Below are positions 45,925-60,691 of a stretch of 64,000 bases of DNA, piece after piece. The stretch is from assembly GCA_049840735.1 (NCBI GenBank), contig JASGJN010000020.1:224001-288000 (forward strand), given 5' to 3'. The DNA comes from Anaeromyxobacter sp. (lineage in GTDB: Bacteria; Myxococcota; Myxococcia; Myxococcales; Anaeromyxobacteraceae). A program made the position numbers and the translations under genes. The notes under the pieces are model-generated. The model was given only the letters and a program-made list of their open reading frames with translations. It had not been told where the DNA came from and did no database searches. Position 1 is the stretch's first letter. Each line of letters starts with the position of its first letter.

Positions 45925-48352
45925 CTAGCCCCGGAGCTCGGCGCCCACCCGCTCGCGCAGCCGGGCCACGATGCGGCCGTGCGCGGCCTCCGCCTCGGCG
46001 TCGGTCAGGGTGCGATCCGGCGCGCGGTAGCGGATGGCCAGGGCCAGGTTCTTCTTCCCGGCCGGGAGCGGGGCGCCCTTGTAGACGTCGAAGAGCGTCA
46101 CGCCCTCGACCAGCGCCTCCTCGCGGATCAGCGCCTCGACCGCGGCCGCCGTGACCGCGTCCTCCACCACCACCGCCACGTCGCGCAGCACCGCCGGCAG
46201 GCGCGGGATGGGCCGATGCTGCGGCACCAGCCGCGCCGCGCCCACCAGGGCCGCCAGGTCCAGCTCGAAGGCCAGCACGCCCCGCGGCAGCTCGAAGGCG
46301 GTGGCCACGCGCGGGTGGAGCTCGCCCACCGCGCCCAGCACGGCGCCGTCCACCTCGACGGTGGCCGAGGTGCGCGGGTGCAGCCAGCCTGCGCCGCCCG
46401 CGGTCCAGCGGTCGCCGGCGATGCCCAGCGCCCCGAGCAGCCCCGAGACCGCGGCCTTGGCGTCGGAGAAGTCGACCGGCTCGCGGCCGGCGGCCCAGCC
46501 CGCCGGGTGGCGGTGGCCAGCCAGCACGCCGGCCACGCGCAGCCGCTCGTCGGCCGGCGCGTCGTCCCCCTGCCCCGGCGCGGCGGTCCGGTAGGCGCGG
46601 GCGATTCTCGTAGAGCCGCACGTCCTCCACGCGCTGGCGCCGGTTGTGGGCCAGGTTGCGGAGCAGCGAGGGCACCAGGCTGGTGCGCATCACCGCCAGG
46701 TCGGCGCTGATGGGGTTCTTGAGCGCGATGCCGAGGGCGCGGCCGGAGCCGTCGCCGGTCTCCACCTGCCCGCCGAACGGCGCGAGCTCGCGGTCGGCCA
46801 CGAAGCTGAAGTTGACCACCTCGCCGAAGCCGGCGCCCTCCAGGGCGGCGCGCAGCCGCGCCACCGCCTGGGCCTCCACCGGCTCGGCCGGCGTGGTGAC
46901 GGCGTTGGGCGGGAGCGTCTCGGGGATGGCGTGGTAGCCCTTGGTGCGGACGATCTCCTCGACCAGGTCCTCCTCGATGGAGACGTCCACGCGCCAGCTG
47001 GGCACGGCCCAGGTGGCCCCCTCTGCGTCGGCGGCGCGCAGCCCGAAGCCCAGGCCGCCCAGGATGCGACGCACCTCGGCCTCGTCCACCGGCATGCCCA
47101 GCAGCTCGGCCGGGCGCCTCCAGCGGAGGCGCACCTCCGGCGAGGCCACCGGGCGGGCCACCACGTCCACCACGCCGGGGCGGATGGTGCCGCCGGCCAG
47201 CTCGGCGATGAGCTGCGCGCAGCGGTCCAGCGCCGGGATCACCATGCCCGGATCGGCGCCCCGCTCGAAGCGGTAGGAGGCCTCGCTCTTGAGCCCCTGG
47301 CGGCGCGAGGTGCGGCGCACGCCGGAGGGCTGGAACCAGGCGGACTCGATCAGCACGCGGCTGGTGCCCTCGGAGATCTCCGAGTCCCCGCCGCCCATGA
47401 CGCCGGCCAGCGCGCTGCCGCGATCGCGATTGGCGATGAGCAGGTCTTCCGGCTCGAGCGCGCGCTCCTTGCCGTCGAGCGTGGTGAGCTTCTCGCCCGG
47501 GCGGGCGGTGCGGACCACGATTTGGTGGCCGGCCACCTTGTCGAGGTCGAAGGCGTGCAGCGGGTGGCCCAGCTCCAGCAGGACGAAGTTGGTCGCGTCC
47601 ACCACGTTGGAGATGGAGCGGACGCCGCAGCTCTCCAGCCGGCGCGCCAGCCAGGCCGGCGACGGGCCGATCCTCACGCCCTCCACCACGCGCGCGGCGT
47701 AGCGGGCGCACTTCTCCGGCGCCTCGATCCGCACCGCCACCGCCTCGGCGGCGGGCGGGCCGGCCTCGACCAGCGCCGGGCGCGGCGGGCGCACCGGCTG
47801 CCCCAGCGCGGCCGCCACCTCGCGGGCCAGGCCCAGGTGCGAGAGCGCGTCGGGCCGGTTGGGGGTGACGTTCACCTCCAGCAGCACGTCCTCCAGCCCC
47901 AGCGCCTGGATGATGGGCGTGCCCGGCTTCACGTCCGCCGGGAGGATCATCAGGCCGCTGGCGTCCTCGGAGAGCCCCAGCTCGCGCGCCGAGCAGAGCA
48001 TCCCGAAGGACTCCACGCCGCGCAGCTTGGCCTTCTTGATCTCCAGCCCGCCGGGCAGCTTCGCGCCCACCGTGGCGAGCGGGACCACGTCGCCCACCTG
48101 GTAGTTCTTGGCGCCGCAGACCACCTGGAGCGGCTCGCCCTGGCCGCGGTCGATGCGGCAGACCGAGAGCTTCTCCGCGTCGGGGTGCCTGTCCGAGGCG
48201 AGCACGCGGGCCGCCACCACGCCCTGCAGCCCGGAGCCCACCCGCTCCAGGGCCTCCACCTCGAAGCCGACCGCGGTGAGCTTCTGGGCCAGCTCCTCAG
48301 GCGAGGACGGCAGGTCGACGTACTCCGACAGCCACTTCAGCGAGATGCGCAT
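45925..48352 (-). CDS. pheT: phenylalanine--tRNA ligase beta subunit (+1 frameshift at ~46605)
   Basis: MRISLKWL, VVCGA, GMLCS, VTPNRPDALS, SYRFERG, RTSLVPSL / RDVAVVV, DRTLTD. Confidence 0.95.
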
Positions 48353-48360
48353 GGCGGGCC

Positions 48361-49441
<1,081 letters not shown>

Positions 49442-49715
49442 GGCAACTCCTCGGGGCCCGGACAGCGCCGGGCCCCCACAGCGAGGCTGTCGGGGCCCCT
49501 CCGCTCACCCAGGACTGTCGAGGGCGGAGCGGCGCCGGGGCCCGGCGCGCCGAGGCCAGAGGCCTTGCGCGCCACCCAGCGCCGAGGGGCGATCCCCCTC
49601 CCCCGGCCTTCGGCGGCCGGGGCCTGTCGACGAGACGCTGGGCCGACGGTTGGCCGCCCGTGAGGGTGGCCGTCATGAGGCGCCGCCCTCGCGGGCGGCC
49701 CTCACCACGCGCCGC

Positions 49716-50057
49716 CTACTGGGCGGCCTTGACGACGGCGGCGAAGTCGCCCGGGAGCATCGCGGCGAGGTCCGCCAGGATCTTCCGGTCGATCGCCACG
49801 CCGGCCTTCTTGAGGCCCGCGACGAGCTTCGAGTAGGTCGTGCCGTTCAGGCGGGCCGCCGCGTTGATGCGGACGATCCACAGCGCGCGGAAGTTCCGGC
49901 GCTTGATGCGGCGATCGCGGGTCGAGTAGTTGAGCGCCCGCTCCACCGCCTGGTTGGCGCGGCGGTAGCAGTTCTTGCGACGGCCACGGAAGCCCTTCGC
50001 AAGCTTGAGGACGCGATTACGACGACGGCGAGCCTTGATACCCTTCTTGACGCGCAT
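49716..50057 (-). CDS. rplT: 50S ribosomal protein L20
   Basis: [37 protein letters not shown]. Confidence 0.97.
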   Translation of the reverse strand: MRVKKGIKARRRRNRVLKLAKGFRGRRKNCYRRANQAVERALNYSTRDRRIKRRNFRALWIVRINAAARLNGTTYSKLVAGLKKAGVAIDRKILADLAAMLPGDFAAVVKAAQ

Positions 50058-50160
50058 CTTGCTGCTCCTTGCCGGCGGGAGGCGCCGCGTCCGTCACACC
50101 ACGTGACGGTCCACGCACTCTTTCGGACCCCGCTTGGGCGTTACGTGAACCCGTTCGCCT

Positions 50161-50364
50161 CTACCGGGCGTACGGGAAGCACTCCATGATCTTCTTGCTG
50201 TCCTCGGGGGTCAGGTGGGACGTCCCCTTGAGGTGGCGCTTCTGCTTCTTGGTCTTCCCGAACGTCGCCAGGTGGCGCACGCCGGCCCGGCGGAACTTCA
50301 CCGCGCCGCTCTTCTTCGGGATGAAGCGCTTCTTCGCGCCGCTCTTGGTCTTCAGCTTGGGCAT
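50161..50364 (-). CDS. rpmI: 50S ribosomal protein L35
   Basis: MPKLKTKSGAKKRF; sits between infC and rplT. Confidence 0.96.
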   Translation of the reverse strand: MPKLKTKSGAKKRFIPKKSGAVKFRRAGVRHLATFGKTKKQKRHLKGTSHLTPEDSKKIMECFPYAR

Positions 50365-50465
50365 TTTCTTCTTCCGTTCCGTTTCGGTGCTGCGCTCGCT
50401 CCCCGGCTCGTGCCGGGGGCCGCGCCCGCCGGATCCCGGCGATGCGCGGCGATGTCTCGCTGGCT

Positions 50466-51167
<702 letters not shown>

Positions 51168-51197
51168 GCTCTCCCGGGCCTGCAAAAAAGACGTCGT

Positions 51198-51225
51198 AGA
51201 ATAAGGATTTCGCCGGTCTTGTCAA
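51198..51225 (-). promoter_or_regulatory. sigma70-type promoter for infC
   Basis: TTGACA-16 nt-TATTCT on the minus strand. Confidence 0.6.
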
Positions 51226-51318
51226 CGCCGACACGGCGCGCGGGCGCCAGGCCGCATCCGAGCGACCTGGCGCCCCGCCTTTTACGCTTCCTTGGCCCGG
51301 AGGGCGAGCCCCTCGGCG

Positions 51319-52393
<1,075 letters not shown>

Positions 52394-52405
52394 TCAGGGC
52401 TGCTG

Positions 52406-52972
52406 TCAGGTCGTGGGGACGGAAGCCTGCGCCTTCAGGCTCGGGGGCGCCAGCGTCTTGAAGCCGCGCTCCAGCGCGATGCGGCCGGAGCGGCAGATCT
52501 CCTGGATGCCGAACGGCCGCAGCCGCTCCTCCAGCGCATCCAGCTTGCCCGCCGTGCCGCTGGCCTCGACCATCAGGGCGTCCGGGGAGACGTCCACGAT
52601 GGTGGCCTCGTACGTCTCGGCCAGCGCGCGCAGCTCGGCGTGGTTCCGCTCGGGCGTGCGGATCTTCACCAGCATCAGCTCGCGCTCGATCAGGTCCTGC
52701 GGCGACAGCTCGCGCACCTCGACCACCGGCACGAGCTTCTGGACCTGCCGGACCACCTGCTCGACCGTCTTCGAGCCCAGGCGGACCACGATGGTCATGC
52801 GCGAGTAGGCCGGGACCTCGGTCGGGCCCACGGTCAGGCTGGCGATGTTGTAGCCGCGGCGGGAGAAGAGGCCCGCGATGCGGTGGAGCACGCCGGGCTT
52901 GTTCTCCACCAGCATGCTGATGGTGTGGGTGGAGCCGTTGGGGCTGGTCTCGGTGCGTTCCATGTCACTCAC
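52406..52972 (-). CDS. ilvN: acetolactate synthase small subunit
   Basis: LVENKPGVLHRIAGLFSRRGYNI ACT domain; ERELMLVK. Confidence 0.93.
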   Translation of the reverse strand: MSDMERTETSPNGSTHTISMLVENKPGVLHRIAGLFSRRGYNIASLTVGPTEVPAYSRMTIVVRLGSKTVEQVVRQVQKLVPVVEVRELSPQDLIERELMLVKIRTPERNHAELRALAETYEATIVDVSPDALMVEASGTAGKLDALEERLRPFGIQEICRSGRIALERGFKTLAPPSLKAQASVPTT

Positions 52973-54671
52973 CGCCGATCATGTCGTTGAGGGGGGCGCC
53001 GGCCGGGACCATCGGGTAGACCTTCTCCTCGGCGCGGATGCGGACGTCGATGATGGTGGGGCCGCGATCGTTGGCCAGGGCCTGGTCGATCACCTTGTCG
53101 AGCTCCTGCACGGTGCGCGCGCGCAGCCCCAGGCACCCGTAGGCGTCGGCCAGCTTGACCAGGTCGGGCAGGTCGGCCAGCGGCGTCTCGGCGTAGCGCT
53201 CGGAGTAGAAGAGCTCCTGCCACTGGCGGACCATGCCCAGGAACAGGTTGTTGAGGATGAAGATCTTCACCGGCAGCTTGTGCTCGCTGGCGGTGGCCAG
53301 GTCCTGCAGCGTCATCTGGAAGGAGCCGTCGCCGTCGATGCCGATGACGGTGGCGTCGCGCCGCCCGAACTGGATGCCGATGGCCGAGGGCAGGCAGTAG
53401 CCCATGGTGCCGAGGCCGCCGGAGGTGATGAACTGGCGGGGCTCGGAGGTCTTCCACCACTGCGCGGCGAACATCTGGTGCTCGCCCACGCCGGTGGTGA
53501 CGATGGCCTTGGGGCCGGCCTTCTTGCAGAGCTGCTCGACGACGTACTGCGGGAGCAGCGGGCCGTTCGGCTCCTGCTGGTAGCGCATGGGGTGCTTCTG
53601 GCGCCAGTCGCCCACCTTCTTCTTCCAGGCGGAGAGGTCGGGCCGGCCGTGGGCCTGGAAGGCCTTGCGGACCTCCTCGTGCAGCTGCGGCAGCAGCGCC
53701 TTGAGGTCGCCCACCAGCGGCACCGTGGCGGTCACCAGCTTGGAGATCTCCGCCGGGTCCACGTCCAGGTGGACGATCTTGGCCTCGGGGGCGAAGGTCG
53801 AGAGCTTGCCGGTGACGCGGTCGTCGAACCGCGCGCCCAGGGCGATGATCAGGTCCGAGCCCTGGACGGTGTAGTTCGCGTACCGCGAGCCGTGCATGCC
53901 GAACATGCCCAGGCAGAGCGGGTGCGTCTCCGGGAAGGCGCCCTTGCCGTGCACGGTGGTGACCACCGGCGCGTCGAGGAACTCTGCGAAGGCGAAGACC
54001 TCCTTGTGCGCCGCGGCGGTGCGGACGCCGCCGCCCAGGTAGACCACCGGGCGCGTGGCCGAGCGGATCAGCGTGGCCGCGTCCTTGAGGCGGGGCTCGC
54101 GCGGGAGCGGCGGGTGGTAGCCGGGGATCTCGACCGAGTCCGGGTACTCGAACTCCAGCTCGGAGGTGAGGACGTCCTTGGGGATGTCGACCAGCACCGG
54201 GCCGGGCCGGCCGGTCTGCGCGACGTAGAAGGCCTCCTTGAGGATGCGGGGCAGGTCCTCCACGTCGGTCACCAGCCAGTTGTGCTTGGTGATGGGGACG
54301 GTGATGCCGGTGATGTCCGCCTCCTGGAAGGCGTCGGTGCCGATCAGCGCCCGGGAGACGTTGGCCGTGATGGCCACCAGCGGCACCGAGTCCATGTACG
54401 CGTCGGCGATGGGGGTGACGAGGTTGGTGGCGCCCGGGCCGGAGGTGCCCAGGCAGACGCCCACCTTGCCGGTGGCCAGGGCGTACCCCTCGGCGGCGTG
54501 GCCGCCCACCTGCTCGTGGCGGACGAGGATGTGCTTGGGCGACTCCACCCCGTGGAGCGCGTCATAGAACGGGAGGATGGCGCCACCCGGGACGCCGAAG
54601 AGGTACTCGACCCCCTCGGCCTGGAGCGCCTTCACCACCGCCACCGCGCCGGTCATCTTCTGCTTGGCCAT
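52965..54671 (-). CDS. ilvB: acetolactate synthase large subunit
   Basis: RHEQ, TSGPGATN, GMHG, SGGLGTMG, GDGSFQM, GMVRQWQ. Confidence 0.95.
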   Translation of the reverse strand: MAKQKMTGAVAVVKALQAEGVEYLFGVPGGAILPFYDALHGVESPKHILVRHEQVGGHAAEGYALATGKVGVCLGTSGPGATNLVTPIADAYMDSVPLVAITANVSRALIGTDAFQEADITGITVPITKHNWLVTDVEDLPRILKEAFYVAQTGRPGPVLVDIPKDVLTSELEFEYPDSVEIPGYHPPLPREPRLKDAATLIRSATRPVVYLGGGVRTAAAHKEVFAFAEFLDAPVVTTVHGKGAFPETHPLCLGMFGMHGSRYANYTVQGSDLIIALGARFDDRVTGKLSTFAPEAKIVHLDVDPAEISKLVTATVPLVGDLKALLPQLHEEVRKAFQAHGRPDLSAWKKKVGDWRQKHPMRYQQEPNGPLLPQYVVEQLCKKAGPKAIVTTGVGEHQMFAAQWWKTSEPRQFITSGGLGTMGYCLPSAIGIQFGRRDATVIGIDGDGSFQMTLQDLATASEHKLPVKIFILNNLFLGMVRQWQELFYSERYAETPLADLPDLVKLADAYGCLGLRARTVQELDKVIDQALANDRGPTIIDVRIRAEEKVYPMVPAGAPLNDMIGGE

Positions 54672-55029
54672 GATCCCTCTCGGTCTGCTGAAAAGCTGGA
54701 AGGCTCGAACGTGCTGCCTCTGGGCGTCGGGGAGTCGAGGTCGGCGGGTTCGCGGTCGCGCGCGGGCGCAGCGGCGCCCGGCAGCGACGCGGCCCGCCCC
54801 TATACCTTCGACGCGGCCAGGAGGCCCGGGCAGCGCACGGCGGGCGCCGAGCCGGTGAGCGGCTCGAGGTGCCCGGGAAGCGGCAGGCTGTGCGCAGTCA
54901 TCGCCACGGACCGTCGATAATCCACGATCCGCGGCGCCGCAGCAAGAACGCGGTGCGGCGTCCGGCGTCGCAGGGCCCCGGCCGGGGAGCGGCGGGCCCG
55001 GCCCGCAGGCTGTCGTCCGGCGTCCAGGC

Positions 55030-56599
55030 TCAAGGCGTCCCCATCTCCTCGCGCGCCTCGCTGGGCTGGCGCGGCCCGATCTTGAGCGCGATGCGGTTCA
55101 CCACGTCGAGGAAGGCGCGGGCGCTCCCCTCGATGATGTCGGTGGAGAGCGCGCGGCCGCGGTAGACGCCGGTGTTGTGCTCCACCTCGATGGTGACCTC
55201 GCCCTGCGCGTCCTCGCCGGTGGAGACGCTGGCGATCTCGGTAGTCGCGCAGCTTGAGCGTGATGCCGGTCACCTTCTCGACGGCGCGGTAGACCGCGTC
55301 CACCGGCCCGTCCCCGGCGGCGACCTCCTGGAAGCGGTCGCCGTTGGCGGCGCGCAGCGCCACCGAGGCGCAGGGGAGCGTGCCGGTGCCGGAGGTGGTG
55401 GAGAGCGCCTCCAGCTCCCAGGCGCCGCCGTGGGCCAGGATCTGCCCGTGCACCACCAGCGCCTCGATGTCGGCGTCGTAGATGTCCTTCTTCTTGTCGG
55501 CCAGGACCTTGAAGTCGGCGAAGACCTTCTCGACCTGCGCGTCGTCCAGCTGGTAGCCGAGCGCGGCCAGCCGCTCCTTGAGCGCGTGGCGCCCGGAGTG
55601 CTTGCCCAGCACCAGCGAGGAGCGGGCGAAGCCCACCTCCTCCGGCCGCATGATCTCATAGGTCTCGCGGTTCGTGAGCATCCCGTGCTGGTGGATGCCG
55701 GCCTCGTGCGCGAAGGCGTTCTGCCCCACGATGGCCTTGTTGCGCTGCACGTGCAGGCCGGTCACCTGCGAGACCAGGCGGCTGGCGGGGAAGAGCCGCT
55801 CGGTCTTCACGCCCGTCCGGACCTTCAGGACGTCCCGGCGCGTCTTGAAGGCCATCACGATCTCCTCGAGCGAGGCGTTGCCGGCCCGCTCGCCGATCCC
55901 GTTGATGGTGCACTCGACCTGGCGCGCGCCCTCGAGGACGCCGGCGATGCTGTTGGCCACCGCCAGGCCCAGGTCGTTGTGGCAGTGGACCGAGACGACC
56001 ACCTTCTCGATGCCGCGGACGTGCTTCCTGAGGTAGCGGATGGTCTCGGCGTAGGTGGAGGGCAGCGCGTAGCCGACGGTGTCGGGGATGTTGACGGTGC
56101 CGGCGCCGGCCTCGATGGCGCGCTCCACCACCTCGCTCAGGAACTCCAGCTCGGTGCGAGCGGCGTCCTCGGGCGAGAACTCCACGTCCTCGAACCGCTC
56201 GCGGGCGATGGTGACGCCCTCGACGGCGCGCCGGACGATCTCGTCCTTGGCCAGCTTGAGCTTGAAGTCGCGGTGGATGGGGCTGGTGGCGAGGAAGACG
56301 TGGCAGCGCCGGCGCGGCGCGTCCTGCAGCGCGCGCCAGGAGGCCTCGATGTCGCCGCGGTTGCAGCGGGAGAGGCTGCAGATGATGGGCCCCTCGACCT
56401 GCTCGCCGATCGCCTTGATGGCCTCGAGGTCGCCGGGCGAGGCGGCGGCGAAGCCGGCCTCGATCACGTCCACCCCGAGGTCGCGCAGGGCCTTCGCCAC
56501 CTGGAGCTTCTGGCCCAGGTTCATCGACGCGCCCGGCGACTGCTCGCCGTCGCGAAGCGTGGTGTCGAAGATGGTGACCCTGTCGGCGCTCTCGCTCAC
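55030..56599 (-). CDS. leuA: 2-isopropylmalate synthase (+1 frameshift at ~55240)
   Basis: DTTLRDGEQ, HCHNDLGLA, GIGERAGN, HEAGIHQHG, GDGPVDA / TGEDAQGEV, STDIIEGSA. Confidence 0.95.
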
Positions 56600-56825
56600 G
56601 GTTTCTCCACTCCTTCCGGGTAGTTACAGCCTGCCGCAGCAGGTGCTGTCGGAAGCGGAACCGGAGAGGATAACAGAAACGATGGGGCCTTGGAACTGAT
56701 GTAGGCGACGCGATCGCCGACCAGCCGGGCGAGCGGGAGCTGAAGGACGAAAGGCCCCGGGGACGCAGCCGGCGCAGGCGCGCGGGCCGCCTCTCCCGAG
56801 GCCTGACGCCTTCAAGCCCGAGGCC

Positions 56826-58788
56826 TCAGTACGGCGGCGTCGCCTCCTTGACCAGCACCGCCTCGAAGTCGGCGAGCGACATGGTCTTGAGGTCCTCGCC
56901 GCCGTGGCGACGCGGCGCGACGCCCTTGGCCTCGACCTCCTTCTCGCCGACGACCAGCGCGAAGGGGACCTTCTCCAGCTGCGCGTTGCGGATCTTCGCG
57001 CCCAGCTTGTCCGAGGACTCGTCCAGCTCCACGCGCCAGCCCTTGGCCTTGAGCTGCGCCGTGACCTCGCGGGCCCAGTCGTTGAAGCGGTCCGAGACCC
57101 GTCACCACGCGGGCCTGCACCGGCGCCAGCCAGGTCGGGAAGCTGCCGGCGTAGTGCTCGGTGAGGATGGCGATGAACCGCTCGAAGGAGCCGTAGACGG
57201 CGCGGTGGATCACCACCGGGCGGTGCTCCTTGTTGTCGTCGCCGACGTAGGTCAGGTCGAACCGCTCGGGCGCGGCGTAGTCGAGCTGGATGGTGCAGGT
57301 CTGCCACTCGCGGCCCAGCGAGTCGGTCACCGCGAAGTCGATCTTGGGGCCGTAGAACGCGCCGTCGCCGGCGTTGAGCGTCCAGGGCAGGCCGATCTTG
57401 TCCAGGGCCGCGCGGAGCGCCCCCTCGGCCTTGTCCCAGAGCGCGTCGTCGCCGATCCGGTCGGCCGGGTTGGGCGGGCGGGTGGAGAAGCGGAGCTTGA
57501 ACTCCAGCCCGAACGCGCCGTAGACGGTCCGGATCAGGTCCACGCAGCGCTCGACCTCGTCGGGGATCTGCGACTCCATCAGGTAGAGGTGCGCGTCGTC
57601 CTGCGCGAACTGCCGGACGCGGGTCAGGCCGCCCAGCGAGCCGGACAGCTCGTTCCGGTGCAGCACGTCCGAGGTGTAGTAGCGGATGGGCAGCTCGCGG
57701 TAGGAGCGCTTCTCCATCCGGTAGAGCAGGTGGTGCGACGGGCAGTTCATGGGCTTGAGGCTCATGTTGAGCCGCTCGTCCACGGGGAGCGCCGGGTCCG
57801 ACTCCTTGTCGAACACCAGGAACATGTTCTCGCGGTACACGCCCCAGTGGCCGCTCGTCTCCCAGAGCCGCTTGTTGAAGAGCAGCGGGGTCTTCACCTC
57901 GAGGTAGCCGCGCCCCGACACCAGGCGGCGCATGGCGGTCTGCAGCGTGTTGTAGAGGGTGGTCCCCTTGGGCAGCCAGAAGGCCGAGCCGGGCGCCACC
58001 TCGTGGAAGGCGAAGAGCTTCAGCGCCGGCCCCAGCCGGCGGTGATCGCGCTTCTTCACCTCTTCCAGCTTGGCCAGGTGGGCGTCGAGCGCCTTCTTGT
58101 CGAAGAAGGCGGTGCCGTAGATGCGCTGCAGCATCGCGTTCTTCGCGTCGCCGCGCCAGTAGGCGCCGGCCACGTTGAGCAGCTTCACCACGCCGATGCG
58201 GCCGGTGGAGGGGCCGTGCGGCCCGAGGCAGAAGTCGGTCCAGTCGCCGTGCTTGTAGAGCGTGAGGGTCTTCGCGCCCTTGGCGGCGATGTCCTTCACG
58301 ATCTCGACCTTGTACTTCTCGCCCAGCTTCTCGAAGAGCGCGATGGCGTCGTCCATCGCGATCTCGCTGCGCTCGAAGGGCTGGTCGGCCTTGATGGCCT
58401 CGGCGATGCCGGCCTCGATCTGCGCCAGGTCCTCGGGCGTGAAGGGCTTCTCGCGCGCGAAGTCGTAGTAGAAGCCGTCCTCGATCGACGGGCCGATGGT
58501 GACCTGGGTGCCCGGGTAGAGCTTCTGCACCACGCTGGCCAGGACGTGGGCGGCGTCGTGGCGCGCCACCTCGAGCGCCTCGGGGCTCTTGGTGGTCACC
58601 ACCTCGAGCGCGGCGTCGGCCTCGATCTTCCGGGAGAGGTCGACCGGCTGGCCGTCCAGCTTGGCCACGTAGGCCGCCTTGGCCAGGCCGGGCCCGATGG
58701 CGGTCTTCACGAAGTCGAGCACGGAGGTGCCGCGCGCGATCTCCTTGCTGCTGCCGTCGGGGAGGGTCACCTTGACGATGTCGGACAT
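56826..58788 (-). CDS. thrS: threonine--tRNA ligase (+1 frameshift at ~57100)
   Basis: TGS domain, CLGPH, RDHRRLG, KPMNCP, HRNE, FYGPKID, IHRA / [11 protein letters not shown]. Confidence 0.96.
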
Positions 58789-58810
58789 GGGGTATGCCTA
58801 GCTTCGGACG

Positions 58811-58842
58811 AAAAAAAAGGCCAGCCTGGTGGGCTGGCCTTC
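58811..58842 (-). terminator. intrinsic terminator after tRNA-Val, upstream of thrS
   Basis: Minus strand AAGGCCAGCC-CACCA-GGCTGGCC followed by eight T. Confidence 0.75.
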
Positions 58843-58866
58843 TCCCGGGTGACGCCCGGTGAAATC

Positions 58867-58941
<75 letters not shown>

Positions 58942-58964
58942 GCGGCCGTTTCCGGCGAGGCGCG

Positions 58965-58992
58965 GTTATAGCCGAACGGCGATTCGTGTCAA
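58965..58992 (-). promoter_or_regulatory. sigma70 promoter of tRNA-Val
   Basis: TTGACA-16 nt-TATAAC followed by a GC-rich discriminator. Confidence 0.7.
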
Positions 58993-59018
58993 CGGATCGC
59001 TTCTGCGCCCGTCGTTTC

Positions 59019-59615
59019 TCACCCTACCCCTTCGCCCTCCCCCGCCCCGCGCACCGCCCGCGCGAAGAAGAGCGCGTACTGCGCCCAGGAGACCACCAGG
59101 CACTCCGCGGCCAGCAGCCCGAACGCGGCCGCGAAGGGCGCGGCGCCGGGCTCGCCGAACTCGGTGGCCAGCGCCAGCACCACGGTCGCGGCCAGGGCGA
59201 AGGTGGCGTACTTGCCGATCCGGGTGGGGGCCACCGGGATGCGGTGGTGCAGGCCGCGCAGCAGCGCCGCCCCGGCCAGCTGCGCGGAATCCCGCGCCAC
59301 CACCAGCGCCGGGAGCCAGGCCGGCAGCCGGCCGGTGGCCGCCAGCGCCATCAGCGCGCAGGCGGCCAGGAGCTTGTCGGCGATGGGGTCGAGGAACGCG
59401 CCCAGCCGCGTGTGCTGCCGCAGCGCGCGCGCCACCAGCCCGTCCAGCACGTCGGTGGCGGCGGCCAGCGCGAAGACCGCCAGCGCCCGCAGCCGGTCGC
59501 CCTGGAGGAAGAGCACCAGGAAGACCGGCGCCAGCACCAGCCGCGCCGCGGTGAGCGCGTTGGCCAGGTTCCAGGGGGACGGCTCGGCGCCCCCGGGCGC
59601 GGCGGCGGGGCTCAC
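59019..59615 (-). CDS. CDP-alcohol phosphatidyltransferase family protein (PgsA-like)
   Basis: NLANALTAARL, TDVLDGLVAR...TRLGAFLDPIADK. Confidence 0.9.
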   Translation of the reverse strand: MSPAAAPGGAEPSPWNLANALTAARLVLAPVFLVLFLQGDRLRALAVFALAAATDVLDGLVARALRQHTRLGAFLDPIADKLLAACALMALAATGRLPAWLPALVVARDSAQLAGAALLRGLHHRIPVAPTRIGKYATFALAATVVLALATEFGEPGAAPFAAAFGLLAAECLVVSWAQYALFFARAVRGAGEGEGVG

Positions 59616-60674
59616 CGGAGCTGCACCTCCACCGCGTCCGGCCGCACCGTCCCCACCGTCACGGTGAACCCCTCCAGCCGGCGGGTGGCCAGCTCGGTGG
59701 CGAACGCCTCCGCCGTGCCGCTGATCGACACCGCCAGCTCCGCCCCGCCCGCGTCGAAGGCGCGGTCCTGCACCTCGCGCACCCCGCGGACGCCGCGCAG
59801 CGCGGCCTTGAAGGCGGAGAGCCGCGCGTAGTCGCCGGCGCCCGTCACCTTCACCGCCAGCCGCACCGGCGCGCCGGTCGCGGCCGGCCAGGCGCGCCCC
59901 ACCTGCGAGAGCACGGCCCGCGCCAGCGCCAGCCCCGCCTCCGCCTGCCCCTCGCGGTCGGCCTCCAGCGGCTCGAAGCCCCGCCCCGGCGCCCCGGTGG
60001 CCTCGAGCTGCGCCAGCCGCTGCCCGCCGGCCACCCGCACCGCCTGGCCGGAGACCGACACCGTGACCTGGTGGAGCGCCCCGCCCGCCGCCGGCAGCGC
60101 GGGGCCGGGGCGCGGCGTGGCCCTCACCTCGACGCGCACCTCCGGGCCCGGCGCGCCGGCGGGCGCGTCCTCCTCCAGCACCTCGAAGCCGGAGCGGCGC
60201 AGCCGCTCGGCGCAGGCGGGCGCCAGCGCGCCGGTCACGGCGCCGGCCGGCGCCCCCGGGAGCGGCACCTCCTTCACCCGCAGCACCAGCCGCGGCAGGC
60301 CCGCGCGACGGTGGGCGATGCCGGCCGCCAGCAGGTCGTCGGCCAGCGTCCCCTCGGCCACGTCGCAGCGCGCCCGCACCAGCCAGGCCGCCCCGTCCTG
60401 CCGGTCCTCCAGGAGCTGCAGCCGCCGCACGTAGCCGCCGGGCCGGGCCAGGATCCGCTCGGAGAGCAGCTGCGCCTGGTCGGGCGCGGTGGCGGCGGTG
60501 GCCAGCCCGCCGGCCACCTGCGAGACGCAGGCGCGCACGGCCGCGGCGGTGGCCTGCTCGCGGGCCTGCGGCGCGTCGGTGGCCGAGGCCAGCGGGGCGC
60601 GGCCGGCCGCCTCCACTGTGGTGAGCGCGTCGGGGGCGGCGGAGACCAGGGCGGCGAGGAGCAACGAGAATCAT
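59612..60674 (-). CDS. secreted protein of unknown function (FlgT N-terminal-like start; +1 frameshift just after the ATG)
   Basis: ATG ATT C TCG TTG CTC..: signal-like N-terminus; VEAAGRA..AREQATAAAVRACV; C-terminal ferredoxin-like fold guess. Confidence 0.55.
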
Positions 60675-60691
60675 GGCGGAGGCTCGGCAGG

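Noticed and set aside
56600..56825. Leu-rich attenuator peptide or T-box upstream of leuA
   Set aside because: No short ORF with a Leu run and no T-box consensus; only a possible TTCCAA-17-TATCCT promoter and one hairpin.
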